DNA from: Tetramitus jugosus
Taxonomy: Eukaryota; Protista; Heterolobosea
Assembly: GCA_937625935.1 (NCBI GenBank)
Contig: OW569370.1
Location: 62,001 to 126,000, forward strand
DNA: 64,000 nucleotides
Direction: 5' to 3'
The notes below the pieces were generated by a model. That model did not search any database. It was not told the DNA's origin and saw nothing but the letters and a program-made list of their open reading frames with translations. Below, in pieces: positions 1 through 9,877 of this stretch (positions within the stretch are counted from its first letter, which is position 1; each line of letters starts with the position of its first letter). A program made the position numbers and the translations under genes.

Positions 1-1
1 T

Positions 2-616
2 CGCTTCTATGTGAGTAAGCCAAACAATGTCATCACATCAATGCAATTCTTCCTGGGTGCCATTACCTATCCTGCATTTTTCGTCTGGGCCGTTTTGTTG
101 TTGCTCGTCAGTGTCATCTACTGGTTCATAAAGGAGAAGGGCAAGAAGAATATGGCCGTGATGAGCGAAGTGGAAAAGAAACGTTTTAGACAAATTGTAC
201 TGATCGTGTTTGGTTCGGTACTGTGTGCGTTTGGTGTGGCCTTTGCGATCGTGGTACCATTTTTCACAAGGCGTGAGACAAATGATGTGTGCTGTGTGTA
301 CTTTACGAGACGATTCAACTCGAATCAAACACCTGTGCAAAACTATGGTAACAATTGCAAGTACGTGTCATTCCTCAACGAAAAACAAAAGCTGCAAGAT
401 TATAAGAACAACTGTTTTGCTCAAGAGTCATACACAATCAAGTACAAGGCTCATATCTGGTGGTGGCTATTGCTCTGTGGAACCATACCTGGTCTCATAC
501 TGTACACTGTCGGTCACATATGCATCACAGTCGGTGTGTACAAGTTGCTCAGATTAGTCAAGAAGCAACACGTGGCACAAGGCGTCACAAAATTCCAAGT
601 AGGTTTCAATCACTAG
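2..616 (+). CDS. Hypothetical multi-pass membrane protein, possibly 5'-partial
   Basis: Frame is open from position 2; first ATG at 41. Three hydrophobic segments (FFVWAVLLLLVSVIYW; IVLIVFGSVLCAFGVAFAIVV; WWWLLLCGTIPGLILY) surround a Cys-containing loop. No family recognised. Confidence 0.6.
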   Translation, partial: RFYVSKPNNVITSMQFFLGAITYPAFFVWAVLLLLVSVIYWFIKEKGKKNMAVMSEVEKKRFRQIVLIVFGSVLCAFGVAFAIVVPFFTRRETNDVCCVYFTRRFNSNQTPVQNYGNNCKYVSFLNEKQKLQDYKNNCFAQESYTIKYKAHIWWWLLLCGTIPGLILYTVGHICITVGVYKLLRLVKKQHVAQGVTKFQVGFNH

Positions 617-682
617 AATTCACCTCGAACAACGAATAAACAAGTAAAACAGATCTAACAATTGACACAATAAGTTGTTTGA

Positions 683-1054
683 TTATATATCATCCTTGTC
701 CACTGGTTCAAACAATCCAATCATGTGCCCGTCAGGTGCTCTAAGTGATGCAATCTTTCCATGCGAAGGATACTTGATTGGTCCGTCCAATGAAGCTCCC
801 AGCTCTATGCACTTGTAGATGACTCGATCCATCTGTTCGACATTGAAGCACAAGAATGGTGAGTATCCGGTCGTTGCAGGTGCTTCTCCCTCGACCTTGT
901 TCAGCGCAATTTTAATTTGACCTGATTCAAGCTCTGCCCAGTGATCATTCACGAAATTTACTTTGCATCCAAGTGCTTCCTTGTAGAATGTAACAGATTT
1001 GGGAACATCCTTGATCAGGAGCATGACATTCTTGAGAGCAATTCGTCCACTCAT
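683..1054 (-). CDS. Glyoxalase/bleomycin-resistance (VOC) family protein
   Basis: 123 aa with paired beta-alpha-beta-beta-beta pattern: 'DVPKSVTFYKEALG', 'FLCFNVEQMD', 'LRAPDGHMIGLFE'. Confidence 0.88.
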   Translation of the reverse strand: MSGRIALKNVMLLIKDVPKSVTFYKEALGCKVNFVNDHWAELESGQIKIALNKVEGEAPATTGYSPFLCFNVEQMDRVIYKCIELGASLDGPIKYPSHGKIASLRAPDGHMIGLFEPVDKDDI

Positions 1055-1115
1055 GTTTTTAGTTTGGTTTGGTCGGCGAAAAAAGAATTTGATTTGTTGA
1101 TCCTTCAGTCAAGTG

Positions 1116-1127
1116 TTTGGCGCCAAA
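1116..1127. promoter_or_regulatory. Palindromic E2F-like site TTTGGCGCCAAA
   Basis: Perfect palindrome matching the TTTSSCGC consensus, in the divergent intergenic gap between the VOC and SAP-domain genes. A second copy lies at 27780-27793. Confidence 0.35.
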
Positions 1128-1222
1128 AAGTCCAAATTTTTTATCGTTAGCCACACCATAACTCTTCTGGGAATTCACAAAACAGAACAAGCAGCAAGAA
1201 GTTCATCACTGTTATTTCAATA

Positions 1223-2839
1223 ATGATTGTCATATCAAGAGCAAATGTTATCAGGAGGAGAAGGAAGCCTCTGGTGCTACCAGAGCAACACAACAAGGAG
1301 AATGAACCCAAAACAACAGTTGATCTTAAAAATTCTTCTTCTTTAGTTAGCAAACAGCCGCAACAACCATCGATGGACAGTGTAGTGGGAACACCTAGGA
1401 GAGGTCTTCAAGATCGTAAAGCATTGGGTACTCTGACTCCTACTGCGAAAATCAATAACCCAACAACAACTGTTGTCACTTCATTGGTTTGGTCAACACA
1501 TACCGAACAACAACCAACAAAAACAAACGCTGACGATGATAAAGAAGGACCATTGAAACGCAGACGAAACAAACGGAAAAGAAACTACACTATTCTTCAA
1601 AGTGCACCTGAAGAGACATGTGACATTAGTGCAGCAGCTGTACTTGTAGTTTCAAATGAAAACAAAAGCAGTTCCGCAAGCAACGAAACAGAAGTCACTG
1701 AGATACAGCCTTCTATGGAGTGTATAGAAATGGAGGAGGCGACCCAGGAACCACAAACAAAAGTTATCTCTAGAAAGAATGTCAAACGAAGACGCAGAGT
1801 ACAGTTAGCAGAGGAAAGAAACGAACAATTCTCGGTGGAGGCAAGAGACGTACATAATCAAATTGATCACTCTAGAGCAAATCAAGCCTGTAATGATGCT
1901 GACGATGAGAGAACTCCAGTCACTCCAGTCGCGCCCAAGGATTCCTCCATTTTTGTTGCTGTGGGCAAGTCACCAAGAACGCCCTGTCGTCTCACACCAA
2001 GAACACCAATGTCGCGAAATCGAAATCGATTAATGACACCTCGATCTACCAGTAGAAGCACCAGTCGCAGAACAAGCTTCTTTTTGTCACCGAACACTGT
2101 TGATATCATGAAGCAAGATGGACGCTATGTTCAAACACCAGTTTTTGACCGTACAATGTCATATCAAAACTTTGTCAACCTGCGAAAGTACAAACGAAAG
2201 AGTACTGAACATCGACCATCGATTGCCTTGGGAATCTCTGTGTCTGATCTGGTGCAATGGTATACGCTAACCGAGCTGAGGTCATACTGTACTTTAAACA
2301 ACAGCAAGTCATGTGGAACGAAGCAGGAGCTTGCAGAACGAATTGTGTCAGAGGTGATACCTCGGCAGGGACCAAACCTCCTCACAACTCCAATGGCAGT
2401 GAGCAAAAACGAACGACACAGGAATGCCTCTCATGCTTCGAGTAAATACTTGTATTTTAATGTTTCGGATGACGAGGATATTGGGCGAGACGATGATAAT
2501 GACTATGGAGAACAGGAAATCTTGTCAGAAGAGTTGCAGTATCTGCGGTTTGAACACGATCCTAACTATGTGTGCCGGAAGCGATCTCGTTCTGCAATAA
2601 TACAAAACAATGAAGAGGAAGAAGGAGAATACAGTCTAAACTTTGACTATTCCAAAGAATCGAAAACAAGACTAGCCAACTTGAGTGTATTGGATTATTA
2701 TCAGGGATTGAAGCTGTACACTCCAGAACTCATGAAGCAATATTGCCGACAGCATAGTCTAATCCATTCTGGCAACAGACAGACACTGAAAAAACGAATA
2801 TTGTCATACATTGAGAAGACTGATGTATGGAAGCAGTAA
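1223..2839 (+). CDS. Disordered nuclear protein with two SAP-like DNA-binding domains
   Basis: SAP-like motifs 'YTLTELRSYCTLNNSKSCGTKQELAERI' and 'YTPELMKQYCRQHSLIHSGNRQTLKKRILSY'. Basic NLS-like runs and many S/T-P-x-R/K sites. Confidence 0.7.
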   Translation: MIVISRANVIRRRRKPLVLPEQHNKENEPKTTVDLKNSSSLVSKQPQQPSMDSVVGTPRRGLQDRKALGTLTPTAKINNPTTTVVTSLVWSTHTEQQPTKTNADDDKEGPLKRRRNKRKRNYTILQSAPEETCDISAAAVLVVSNENKSSSASNETEVTEIQPSMECIEMEEATQEPQTKVISRKNVKRRRRVQLAEERNEQFSVEARDVHNQIDHSRANQACNDADDERTPVTPVAPKDSSIFVAVGKSPRTPCRLTPRTPMSRNRNRLMTPRSTSRSTSRRTSFFLSPNTVDIMKQDGRYVQTPVFDRTMSYQNFVNLRKYKRKSTEHRPSIALGISVSDLVQWYTLTELRSYCTLNNSKSCGTKQELAERIVSEVIPRQGPNLLTTPMAVSKNERHRNASHASSKYLYFNVSDDEDIGRDDDNDYGEQEILSEELQYLRFEHDPNYVCRKRSRSAIIQNNEEEEGEYSLNFDYSKESKTRLANLSVLDYYQGLKLYTPELMKQYCRQHSLIHSGNRQTLKKRILSYIEKTDVWKQ

Positions 2840-2992
2840 AGAAGTCAATTTTTTTGTTATCTTCCCTCAACCAAACCAAGAAAAAATGAAAGGGAAGAAC
2901 ATCATATGATGTGAGGTGCTAATAAAAAGCAAACAGAATGAAAGTGAGAAACAAACACATCAGCTAGAAACGCCATCATAACTCAAAAACAA

Positions 2993-4261
2993 ATGAACGC
3001 GAGAGTAAAGGCAGTCCTCCTGACATGTATTGTGGTTTTCATTGTGTTGCAAGGAGTATTCGATATCAAGCGGTCAAAGGTAATTCGACCTGGTAGTGCA
3101 CAAGTAGACTCCCAAGATCTGATAAGAAATGAACCTGATGAAGTCTTACCAATCGGTAACGTAGAATCATCCTTCAACCTTACTAAAAAGTATCTCATTA
3201 CAGTTCACAAGTCAGGGTTGAACAATTATGTCAGGGCTTTAGCTGATGCCGCGTACCTTTTGGTACAAATGAATGACACGAGTATCACACTACTCATACA
3301 TCCGAACATACAGAACGCACACTCGAAATCGAAAGCATTCACCAACGGGGGAAGAGGAAAGATTCTATTCCCTAAGATTAGTGAACGTAGTCTACAATTC
3401 TCTGAATTATTTCAACTTCCAACAGGTTCTCTTCACACCGTAGTTCATCGAGATAATGGGAATGCCACTACGAGAGTGACAAATAACTTTCGATTGAACT
3501 ATGAGATTGCAACTCCAAAGTTGTTACGTGCTTTGATCAAGGAAACAAGTTCGAATCGATCACCATTCAAAGTTGGTAACTGTTGGAGAGAAACCAACAT
3601 CGTCGAACAGAAATCGAAAGAGTTTATCAAATGTATTGCCCGCCACTTTCGGAACGATGCCCAACTAGTAGCTCTTCATATGCTGTCAACAAAAAATTTG
3701 GGAGTGGAGAATGTTCCTGATTTACAACCATCTCTCTATGAAATGATCTATGCCACATTTCATACACAGAACAGTATTGATATTAGAGAGTCAACCATCA
3801 TGATTCATCTGAGATTGGGAGATTTCAAGAAATATTGTACTGGACAAATTGATTGTTATTTCGACATGGCCGATGTGGAGCCTCATATTCTACAACTCCA
3901 AAACACTACAGGTGCCAAGCATGTTCTAATCATGACTAATCCCATTCCGAAATTCAAGAGGGACAACGATCCGACAATTGCGATTATCCGTAAACATCCA
4001 GACTGGCACTTAAGTATGGACATGATTGAACAAAGCAAGAGCATTCCCCGCAGGATGAAACAAGATATCAATGCATTTCTCGTATTGGAAATGGCTGCTG
4101 CTATTTCTTCCAAGTACTTCGTTGGAAATCGAATTTCGACCGTAGCTCGATCCATTGCTCTCCTTCGAAAGAGACAGAATAAGGCTCAAAGCACTGCCAT
4201 CAGTTTCACAACACTGGTAGGGGTCCCAGGTTGTTTCCAGTGTGCAGACCTTTTTGTATGA
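2993..4261 (+). CDS. GDP-fucose O-fucosyltransferase-like glycosyltransferase (type II membrane)
   Basis: N-terminal signal-anchor, 'MIHLRLGDF' (HLR motif), and 'LEMAAAISSKYFVGNRISTVARSIALLR' matching the O-FucT C-terminal FVG..ST motif. Confidence 0.75.
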   Translation: MNARVKAVLLTCIVVFIVLQGVFDIKRSKVIRPGSAQVDSQDLIRNEPDEVLPIGNVESSFNLTKKYLITVHKSGLNNYVRALADAAYLLVQMNDTSITLLIHPNIQNAHSKSKAFTNGGRGKILFPKISERSLQFSELFQLPTGSLHTVVHRDNGNATTRVTNNFRLNYEIATPKLLRALIKETSSNRSPFKVGNCWRETNIVEQKSKEFIKCIARHFRNDAQLVALHMLSTKNLGVENVPDLQPSLYEMIYATFHTQNSIDIRESTIMIHLRLGDFKKYCTGQIDCYFDMADVEPHILQLQNTTGAKHVLIMTNPIPKFKRDNDPTIAIIRKHPDWHLSMDMIEQSKSIPRRMKQDINAFLVLEMAAAISSKYFVGNRISTVARSIALLRKRQNKAQSTAISFTTLVGVPGCFQCADLFV

Positions 4262-4462
4262 TAAAGAGACACAAGAAGAGACACAGCTCTCTGAATTGGA
4301 ATGTCCTAAAACCCGGTTGTATTTGTGGCATTCCTGTCGTAAAATTGTACCACAACAAAAATCTCCTTTGTTCCGGTCAGTTCAAAACAAAGATCAAACA
4401 ACAACAAACAAAAACAAGTACAATTCTTTGAACAAAACAAGTAAGATCTGAGTGAGTGAAAA

Positions 4463-5944
4463 ATGGTGTTTCATCGTTTGTTGAACCTTGTATCTCCCAT
4501 GGGTGACCTACCTAGACCTACTGGCCGTTTCCAAAACAATATCGCTACTCAGGAACTGTTGTTGCATGAAGAGAAGCTCTTGTTGTGCAAGGTGTGGTAT
4601 CCAAGCAACATTGACTTTACCAATAGCACCACTAGTTGTAACGAAGAAGAAGAAACCTTGTTCCATCGATCTGAATACGTTCAATCGAAATACTTTCCCT
4701 ATTTGAGCTCTGTGCTCAGTATGCCACTGTTTTTGGTGCGTAGATACTTTTCCATTGGAGTTCACAGTTGGAGGCGAGGATCATTGGACAAGATAAATGA
4801 GATGTCAACGAAGGATGAAACACTCAAGCAATACCAAGAAGAAGCAGAACTTGCACTCCATTCATCCATTGACAAGTATCCATGTGTTGTATTTTGTGCT
4901 GGTCTCTATGGCATGCCAGAACACTATACTGCCATTTGTGAGGAGTTAGCATCGCATGGCTATGTTGTGTTGGCGCCGTATCATACGGATGGGAGTTGTC
5001 CTGCAGTGTTGACCGAAATGGGGGAAATTCATTGGGAGCAGGGCAAGGAGCACTATGTCGATGTGACTCGAATGGAGGACAAGGAACATGTCAAGACTGG
5101 AATGGAAAAGTATAGAGCGAGTCAAATTGAGATTCGAAGCTTGGATGTGTTGGAAGTGTTGAAAACATTGGAAGAGTATTGCAATCATGATGGATCTGTA
5201 AATAGTAGTAGTAGTAATCATACAAATGGTGGTAGTAGTGATCATAATAATGGCGATGTTTATCATGCAAAGGCGTTCCCAGGATTCGATATATTCAAGA
5301 ATCGGATCGATATGAATCGGTTGGCATGTATAGGACATAGTTTTGGTGGTGGAACAGCTGTGAGTGCAATTACGTGGATGCACGAACAAACCAATGAACC
5401 TTACTTTAAAATTGGAATATCTCTGGATGGATGGATGGAACCATTGAATTTTGGCAATGATCTGTCTAAACTGAGCCTAGACACAACAATAACAGCAGCT
5501 CACAACAATGGTAGTGGATCTGAATCGACAACTGAACCATTTCTACACCGATTAATCAAAATGAACCAAGCTCTTTCGATGAATGACAAGAGCAAGCCAC
5601 CAGTTCTTGCATTCATCAATAGTGAAGTGTGGCAATGGGAGGAAAACAAGAGAATTATGAAGCAAATTGCCGATTATTGGAGCAAAATGTCGCGAGTGTA
5701 CATGTGGTCCATGCCACAATCCGGACATCACAATTACAATGACATTGGCTTGTTGATGCCAAAGTTTGGTCGACTGATCAAGATCCTAAAAACAAATTTG
5801 GACCCTGTGAAGCACATGGCAGATTTGAATCAAAATTTGGTAGATTTATTGGAGCTTCATTTGAATTCTGCACAGAACAGTGCATCCCTCGAATCGAAAT
5901 TTGATTCATTCATTTACCAGAGCAAGCCAAGCTCCAACGAGTAA
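4463..5944 (+). CDS. Platelet-activating factor acetylhydrolase-like alpha/beta hydrolase
   Basis: 'LPRPTG', 'KYPCVVFCAGLYG...YTAICEELASHGYVVLAPYHTDGS', nucleophile 'GHSFGG', 'SLDGW', 'HHNYND'. Confidence 0.88.
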   Translation: MVFHRLLNLVSPMGDLPRPTGRFQNNIATQELLLHEEKLLLCKVWYPSNIDFTNSTTSCNEEEETLFHRSEYVQSKYFPYLSSVLSMPLFLVRRYFSIGVHSWRRGSLDKINEMSTKDETLKQYQEEAELALHSSIDKYPCVVFCAGLYGMPEHYTAICEELASHGYVVLAPYHTDGSCPAVLTEMGEIHWEQGKEHYVDVTRMEDKEHVKTGMEKYRASQIEIRSLDVLEVLKTLEEYCNHDGSVNSSSSNHTNGGSSDHNNGDVYHAKAFPGFDIFKNRIDMNRLACIGHSFGGGTAVSAITWMHEQTNEPYFKIGISLDGWMEPLNFGNDLSKLSLDTTITAAHNNGSGSESTTEPFLHRLIKMNQALSMNDKSKPPVLAFINSEVWQWEENKRIMKQIADYWSKMSRVYMWSMPQSGHHNYNDIGLLMPKFGRLIKILKTNLDPVKHMADLNQNLVDLLELHLNSAQNSASLESKFDSFIYQSKPSSNE

Positions 5945-5976
5945 AGTCAATAGTCAAACGTATTACATCACATTGT

Positions 5977-7038
5977 TCAACGTGGCCTATTAAGTAGTTC
6001 GGTCAGTACTTGCTGCGCGTAAGAAACTTCCCCTTGTAGATTTCGAGGTTGATAGACTGGGTTGAGTTGAGGAGATTGTGAACTTGGCCATTGACTTTCA
6101 CTTGCAAGTTTGTTTGGCTCTGGTGATATCAATCCGAAGGGAGGAGGTGGTGGAGGTTCCAGACCTCCGAGTTGAGCATTGAACTTTTGAGCGCGATGCT
6201 TCATATCAATCTTCTTGATTGCATCACTAAAATCATGTCCCAACTCATCCATGGTATATTTTTCACAAAAGTCTCTCTTTCTCGATTCAATGTCGTCCAA
6301 ACTGAACCAGTGCTGACACCTACTACATCGAAGAACCTTCTCTTGCTCTGTCTTTCTCAATTTGAATGCTTTCATAAATGACTCTCTGGGATTGACACCA
6401 CCGTGGAGCACACCGACGCGCGAACACGAAGCTGTCCAGTAATTTGTCGCCTGTTTCTTCAGACTCACATATTGTTCATACTGCAATGTCATACTGGAAT
6501 CGAGCATTATTGCACTATTCTCGTTGTGGTCGTTCTCGCCCCTTTCGCCATTCATCGTGATCAGTTTGACTTGATCATAACTCAAAGTATCCCAGTCGAG
6601 CAAATTGCGAACAGCATTGTAAAATGGCTTGGAAACAAATTGAATTGTCATGAGCAATTCAATGGCATCGACATAGAGCATCATGTGGAACAAGATGTCA
6701 CTGTGAAGAAAGACAGAGTGATCATATTGTTGTTGACTCTCCGAAGCACTTGCACCACCATTTGCACGTTCTTGTTCTTGTTGTTCCGAGAGCTGAAAAG
6801 TGCCTTGAACAATGTGTTGCATCTTATCATGCACCTTGAGCTCAATTCTCAACCTTTGAATCTCACTCACAGGCAAAGATAGCGGTTGTTCACCTTTCTG
6901 GATCAATATGTCAATGATTCGATTTCTTTCATCCCATGGAATGTAGTACTTCCATTCAACATCATCTCTGTAGTAAAGACGCAGAACACGATCTCTGGTC
7001 ATTTTTTGTTTTTTCTTTCTCTTTGAGGTCATTGTCAC
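5977..7038 (-). CDS. Putative F-box protein
   Basis: Internal F-box-like segment 'LHSDILFHMMLYVDAIELLMTIQFVSKPFYNAV', a CxxC motif and a Pro-rich C-terminus. Confidence 0.55.
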   Translation of the reverse strand: MTMTSKRKKKQKMTRDRVLRLYYRDDVEWKYYIPWDERNRIIDILIQKGEQPLSLPVSEIQRLRIELKVHDKMQHIVQGTFQLSEQQEQERANGGASASESQQQYDHSVFLHSDILFHMMLYVDAIELLMTIQFVSKPFYNAVRNLLDWDTLSYDQVKLITMNGERGENDHNENSAIMLDSSMTLQYEQYVSLKKQATNYWTASCSRVGVLHGGVNPRESFMKAFKLRKTEQEKVLRCSRCQHWFSLDDIESRKRDFCEKYTMDELGHDFSDAIKKIDMKHRAQKFNAQLGGLEPPPPPPFGLISPEPNKLASESQWPSSQSPQLNPVYQPRNLQGEVSYAQQVLTELLNRPR

Positions 7039-7142
7039 TTGTTTCTTTGTGAGAAAATCTCTGTCCGTAAAAATATTCTTTTCTGTTCGTGAGAGTCAAT
7101 CATTGGGCGGGATAATGTCAGAGTTCCAAGGAACAAAAACAA

Positions 7143-8932
7143 ATGACAGAAGCGACTGGTGGTGAGCACAAGGATAGAATTTGCCTTGAACAGGTTCTTC
7201 TCCTGGGTACAAGTTATACGTTTCTCAATCATGAACCGAAATGCCAAGCCATGATTGAAAGCTTGCTAAACGAGTCGCAATTATTGCGAACGAGACAAAC
7301 TGTGAAGGATTGTGTGGTTCTGACACAAGAGGAACTGCTGCATCTGGAGAAGAGTGAAATGGTGGACAGTTCAGAAACGATAAGCAGAAACAATAAGGAG
7401 AAATTCGTGCACATTGTATTGGCATTGGATCCTGTACGATTATTACCGAAAGAATCGAACAATTTCTTTGGTGGGAGGTTCATTGACAAGGACAGTGAAA
7501 TTGTCGTGTATGTCAAAGTAGATCTGGGTGTATCCTACTTCAAGACAATAGATGATAGTTCTGTGCATGTTCAAGTGTTTCAACCATCAAGGCTAAACGA
7601 TGTCTCCTCCAGCACTGCTGCCAAACAGCTGAAAGGATTCAAGGTGTTTGGTAGTTTACGATTTATGAAAAAGAAAAAAGACAACAACAGAGAATCAGAA
7701 GATGATACCATTGATTCTGTGCCATTGTTGAAGTTGGCAACACAAATGAACCAGAACAGAAATGATTTCGGTTTGTCCTTGTTGCTCCAGAGTGCAATCA
7801 TTCGATTCTTCAAGAGCTATTCTCGCTTCAGTGCGTTGTTCGATGACATTGTGAGAGGCAGCGTATTGTCTCGAATTGTCCAGTTGGTGCGATCAGAGAT
7901 ACAGACTTGCAATTCCAAGTGTTTGGTTTCAGGAAGAAAGATTACTTTGGGATATAGACCTGGCTTCGTGAATGCAATGAAGTATCTGGATCTTGCAAGA
8001 ACGTCTGGCTTTGGGTTCTCACTGCTGAGACATTATCTCAAATATGAGGAACCTCTCCTGCGATACATGTTGTCCAATATATGTACGGAACAAGAAGGCT
8101 ATCTTTCACCGTTCCCCTGCATCTATCATGAGAACCAGTTAAAATGGGGACGATTCGAGGGTATGAGACGTGCCAATAATTTATTGACTAGCATTCCGAC
8201 CCTCAATCGTCTGAAAGCGCTATTGGATGATCGTTTTCTTCAGACGGGCAAGGTCCGTGTGCTGTCAGATGACATTGTATGTATGCTCTCTCATGCCTCC
8301 TCTTTACACATTTGGTTAACTTTGGTTCGCATTTCAGATTAATCAAGTGCTGTGGTTAGTGTTGTCGAACAGAGTTTTCTTGAGTCCAACAACAGTACCC
8401 AACAGTAAAGCGATCTTTGGAAACAAAGCAAAGTTGTATGCATTCCTCTCGGTGGATAAAAGCTTTGAGGAGCAATACGAAAGTTTGTATCATTCATTTT
8501 GAACAGAATATCTTTCTGACTTACGTACTTACACTTTCATTATTGTCATTTTCATCAAAATCAGAGGAGAAGGCGGAATATCAGAACCAAAACGAAGTCA
8601 GAGACAAGATATCACTACTCTATCCACAAACTCATGAAAATCTCTGTTGGACACTCTCATCACCCAGAACCAATTCCGAACACTATTTTAGGTTCGTAGA
8701 AACAAAAACACCCGTTGTCCCAAACGTTCTCGAGTATGGTCTTATTGTCAAATATTTTGGAAAAAAGGAGACATCTTCGTGGGAAGAGAGATATGGACAG
8801 AGTGTGCGCCCAGAACTGGTGGTTCCTCGATTGTTGATCTGGTACGACAAGAAAGTGAAGGAACCAGAATCGGCCATCACTTCACTGGACGTCATCTCCT
8901 GGTGCGATCAATACAAGGACACGCAATACTAG
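7143..8932 (+). CDS. PARP6/PARP8-like protein with degenerate ADP-ribosyltransferase domain (3 exons: 7143-8276, 8338-8482, 8565-8932)
   Basis: Introns GTATGT..CAG and GTTTGT..CAG give one continuous 548-aa frame. Motif order matches PARP6/8 as I recall it: 'LSPFPC', 'LLTSIPTL', 'VLWLVLSNR', 'EEQYEKEK', 'THENL', 'VVPRLLIWY'. The catalytic H-G-S/T is absent. Confidence 0.6.
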
Positions 8933-9101
8933 AATCGTCAGACGGTACTCAAGGAATAATAAAAAGAGAATTGCTTGAACTCCTAATTTGTAATCCTCTA
9001 AACACATACGTACATTGTATTGTTACAAATTGAAGGGTTTTGTTTTATTGCACAATAAAATCGGATAAGTAACTTACTTATGTCGTCCTCTCCTCCATCA
9101 T

Positions 9102-9716
9102 CTAATAAGTGCTTCCTTCTGTTGGCTGAGAGAGTGACTTGTTCTTTGGAGATCTCATTGCATCTCTCAACGCAGTCAAAATCGTTGCAATTGTCTCATT
9201 TCTGTTCCAAGCGGGTCCCAACTTTGTAAAGACACTCTTGTTGATCTCACCATTTGCTCCCACGCAATCCATGTTGATTCTCGTCACAAATCGAACCACA
9301 GGTGGTTGATCAGGGTACTGTTCACCACATGAAATGTTGACAGTGTAAATTCTTTGATCAAATTTGGTCTGTTTCATTCCATTCGCCGAACAAAAATCAA
9401 TCAATCAATCAATTATATAGTAGATCACACACCACCATTCGTTTGATTCATTTTCATTCATCATCCCAATAGATAAAAACAAAATAGTAAATATGTTGTT
9501 GAACAACAAAAAAATGAAATGTTCGAAAATGTGGGTGGTGGTTGTGGTGGTGGGTGACACACATACACTAGGTGGACCAATAATGGTTCCAGTCCATTCT
9601 CTCATCAAAATATCGTTACCATCTTTGAGACCGTAGCTGATGCTGTAGTCTCCGACGCCTTTTTCACCATTTTCCAATTCTTCCAAGAGTCTGAAATTTC
9701 TAGGTACCTTTGCCAT
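9102..9716 (-). CDS. UEV1: Ubiquitin-conjugating enzyme E2 variant (UEV1/MMS2), exons 9716-9567 and 9368-9102
   Basis: '[17 protein letters not shown]...ISYGL...[10 protein letters not shown]|TKFDQRIY...[14 protein letters not shown]', ending 'QPTEGSTY'. Intron GTATGT..CAG keeps the frame. Confidence 0.95.
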
Positions 9717-9877
9717 CTTGTTGTTGTTGTTTTGTTGTGCTTTTGTTTTTTTTGGTGGTTTTCTTGCGGATAATTTTAGATCGAGTTCCAGACGGAAATC
9801 GAACGACGAGGGTTTGATTTACAATTTTCTTGTTGTGAAACAGTTTGAAAACAAGTTTAATGACTACACTCGAGTGA

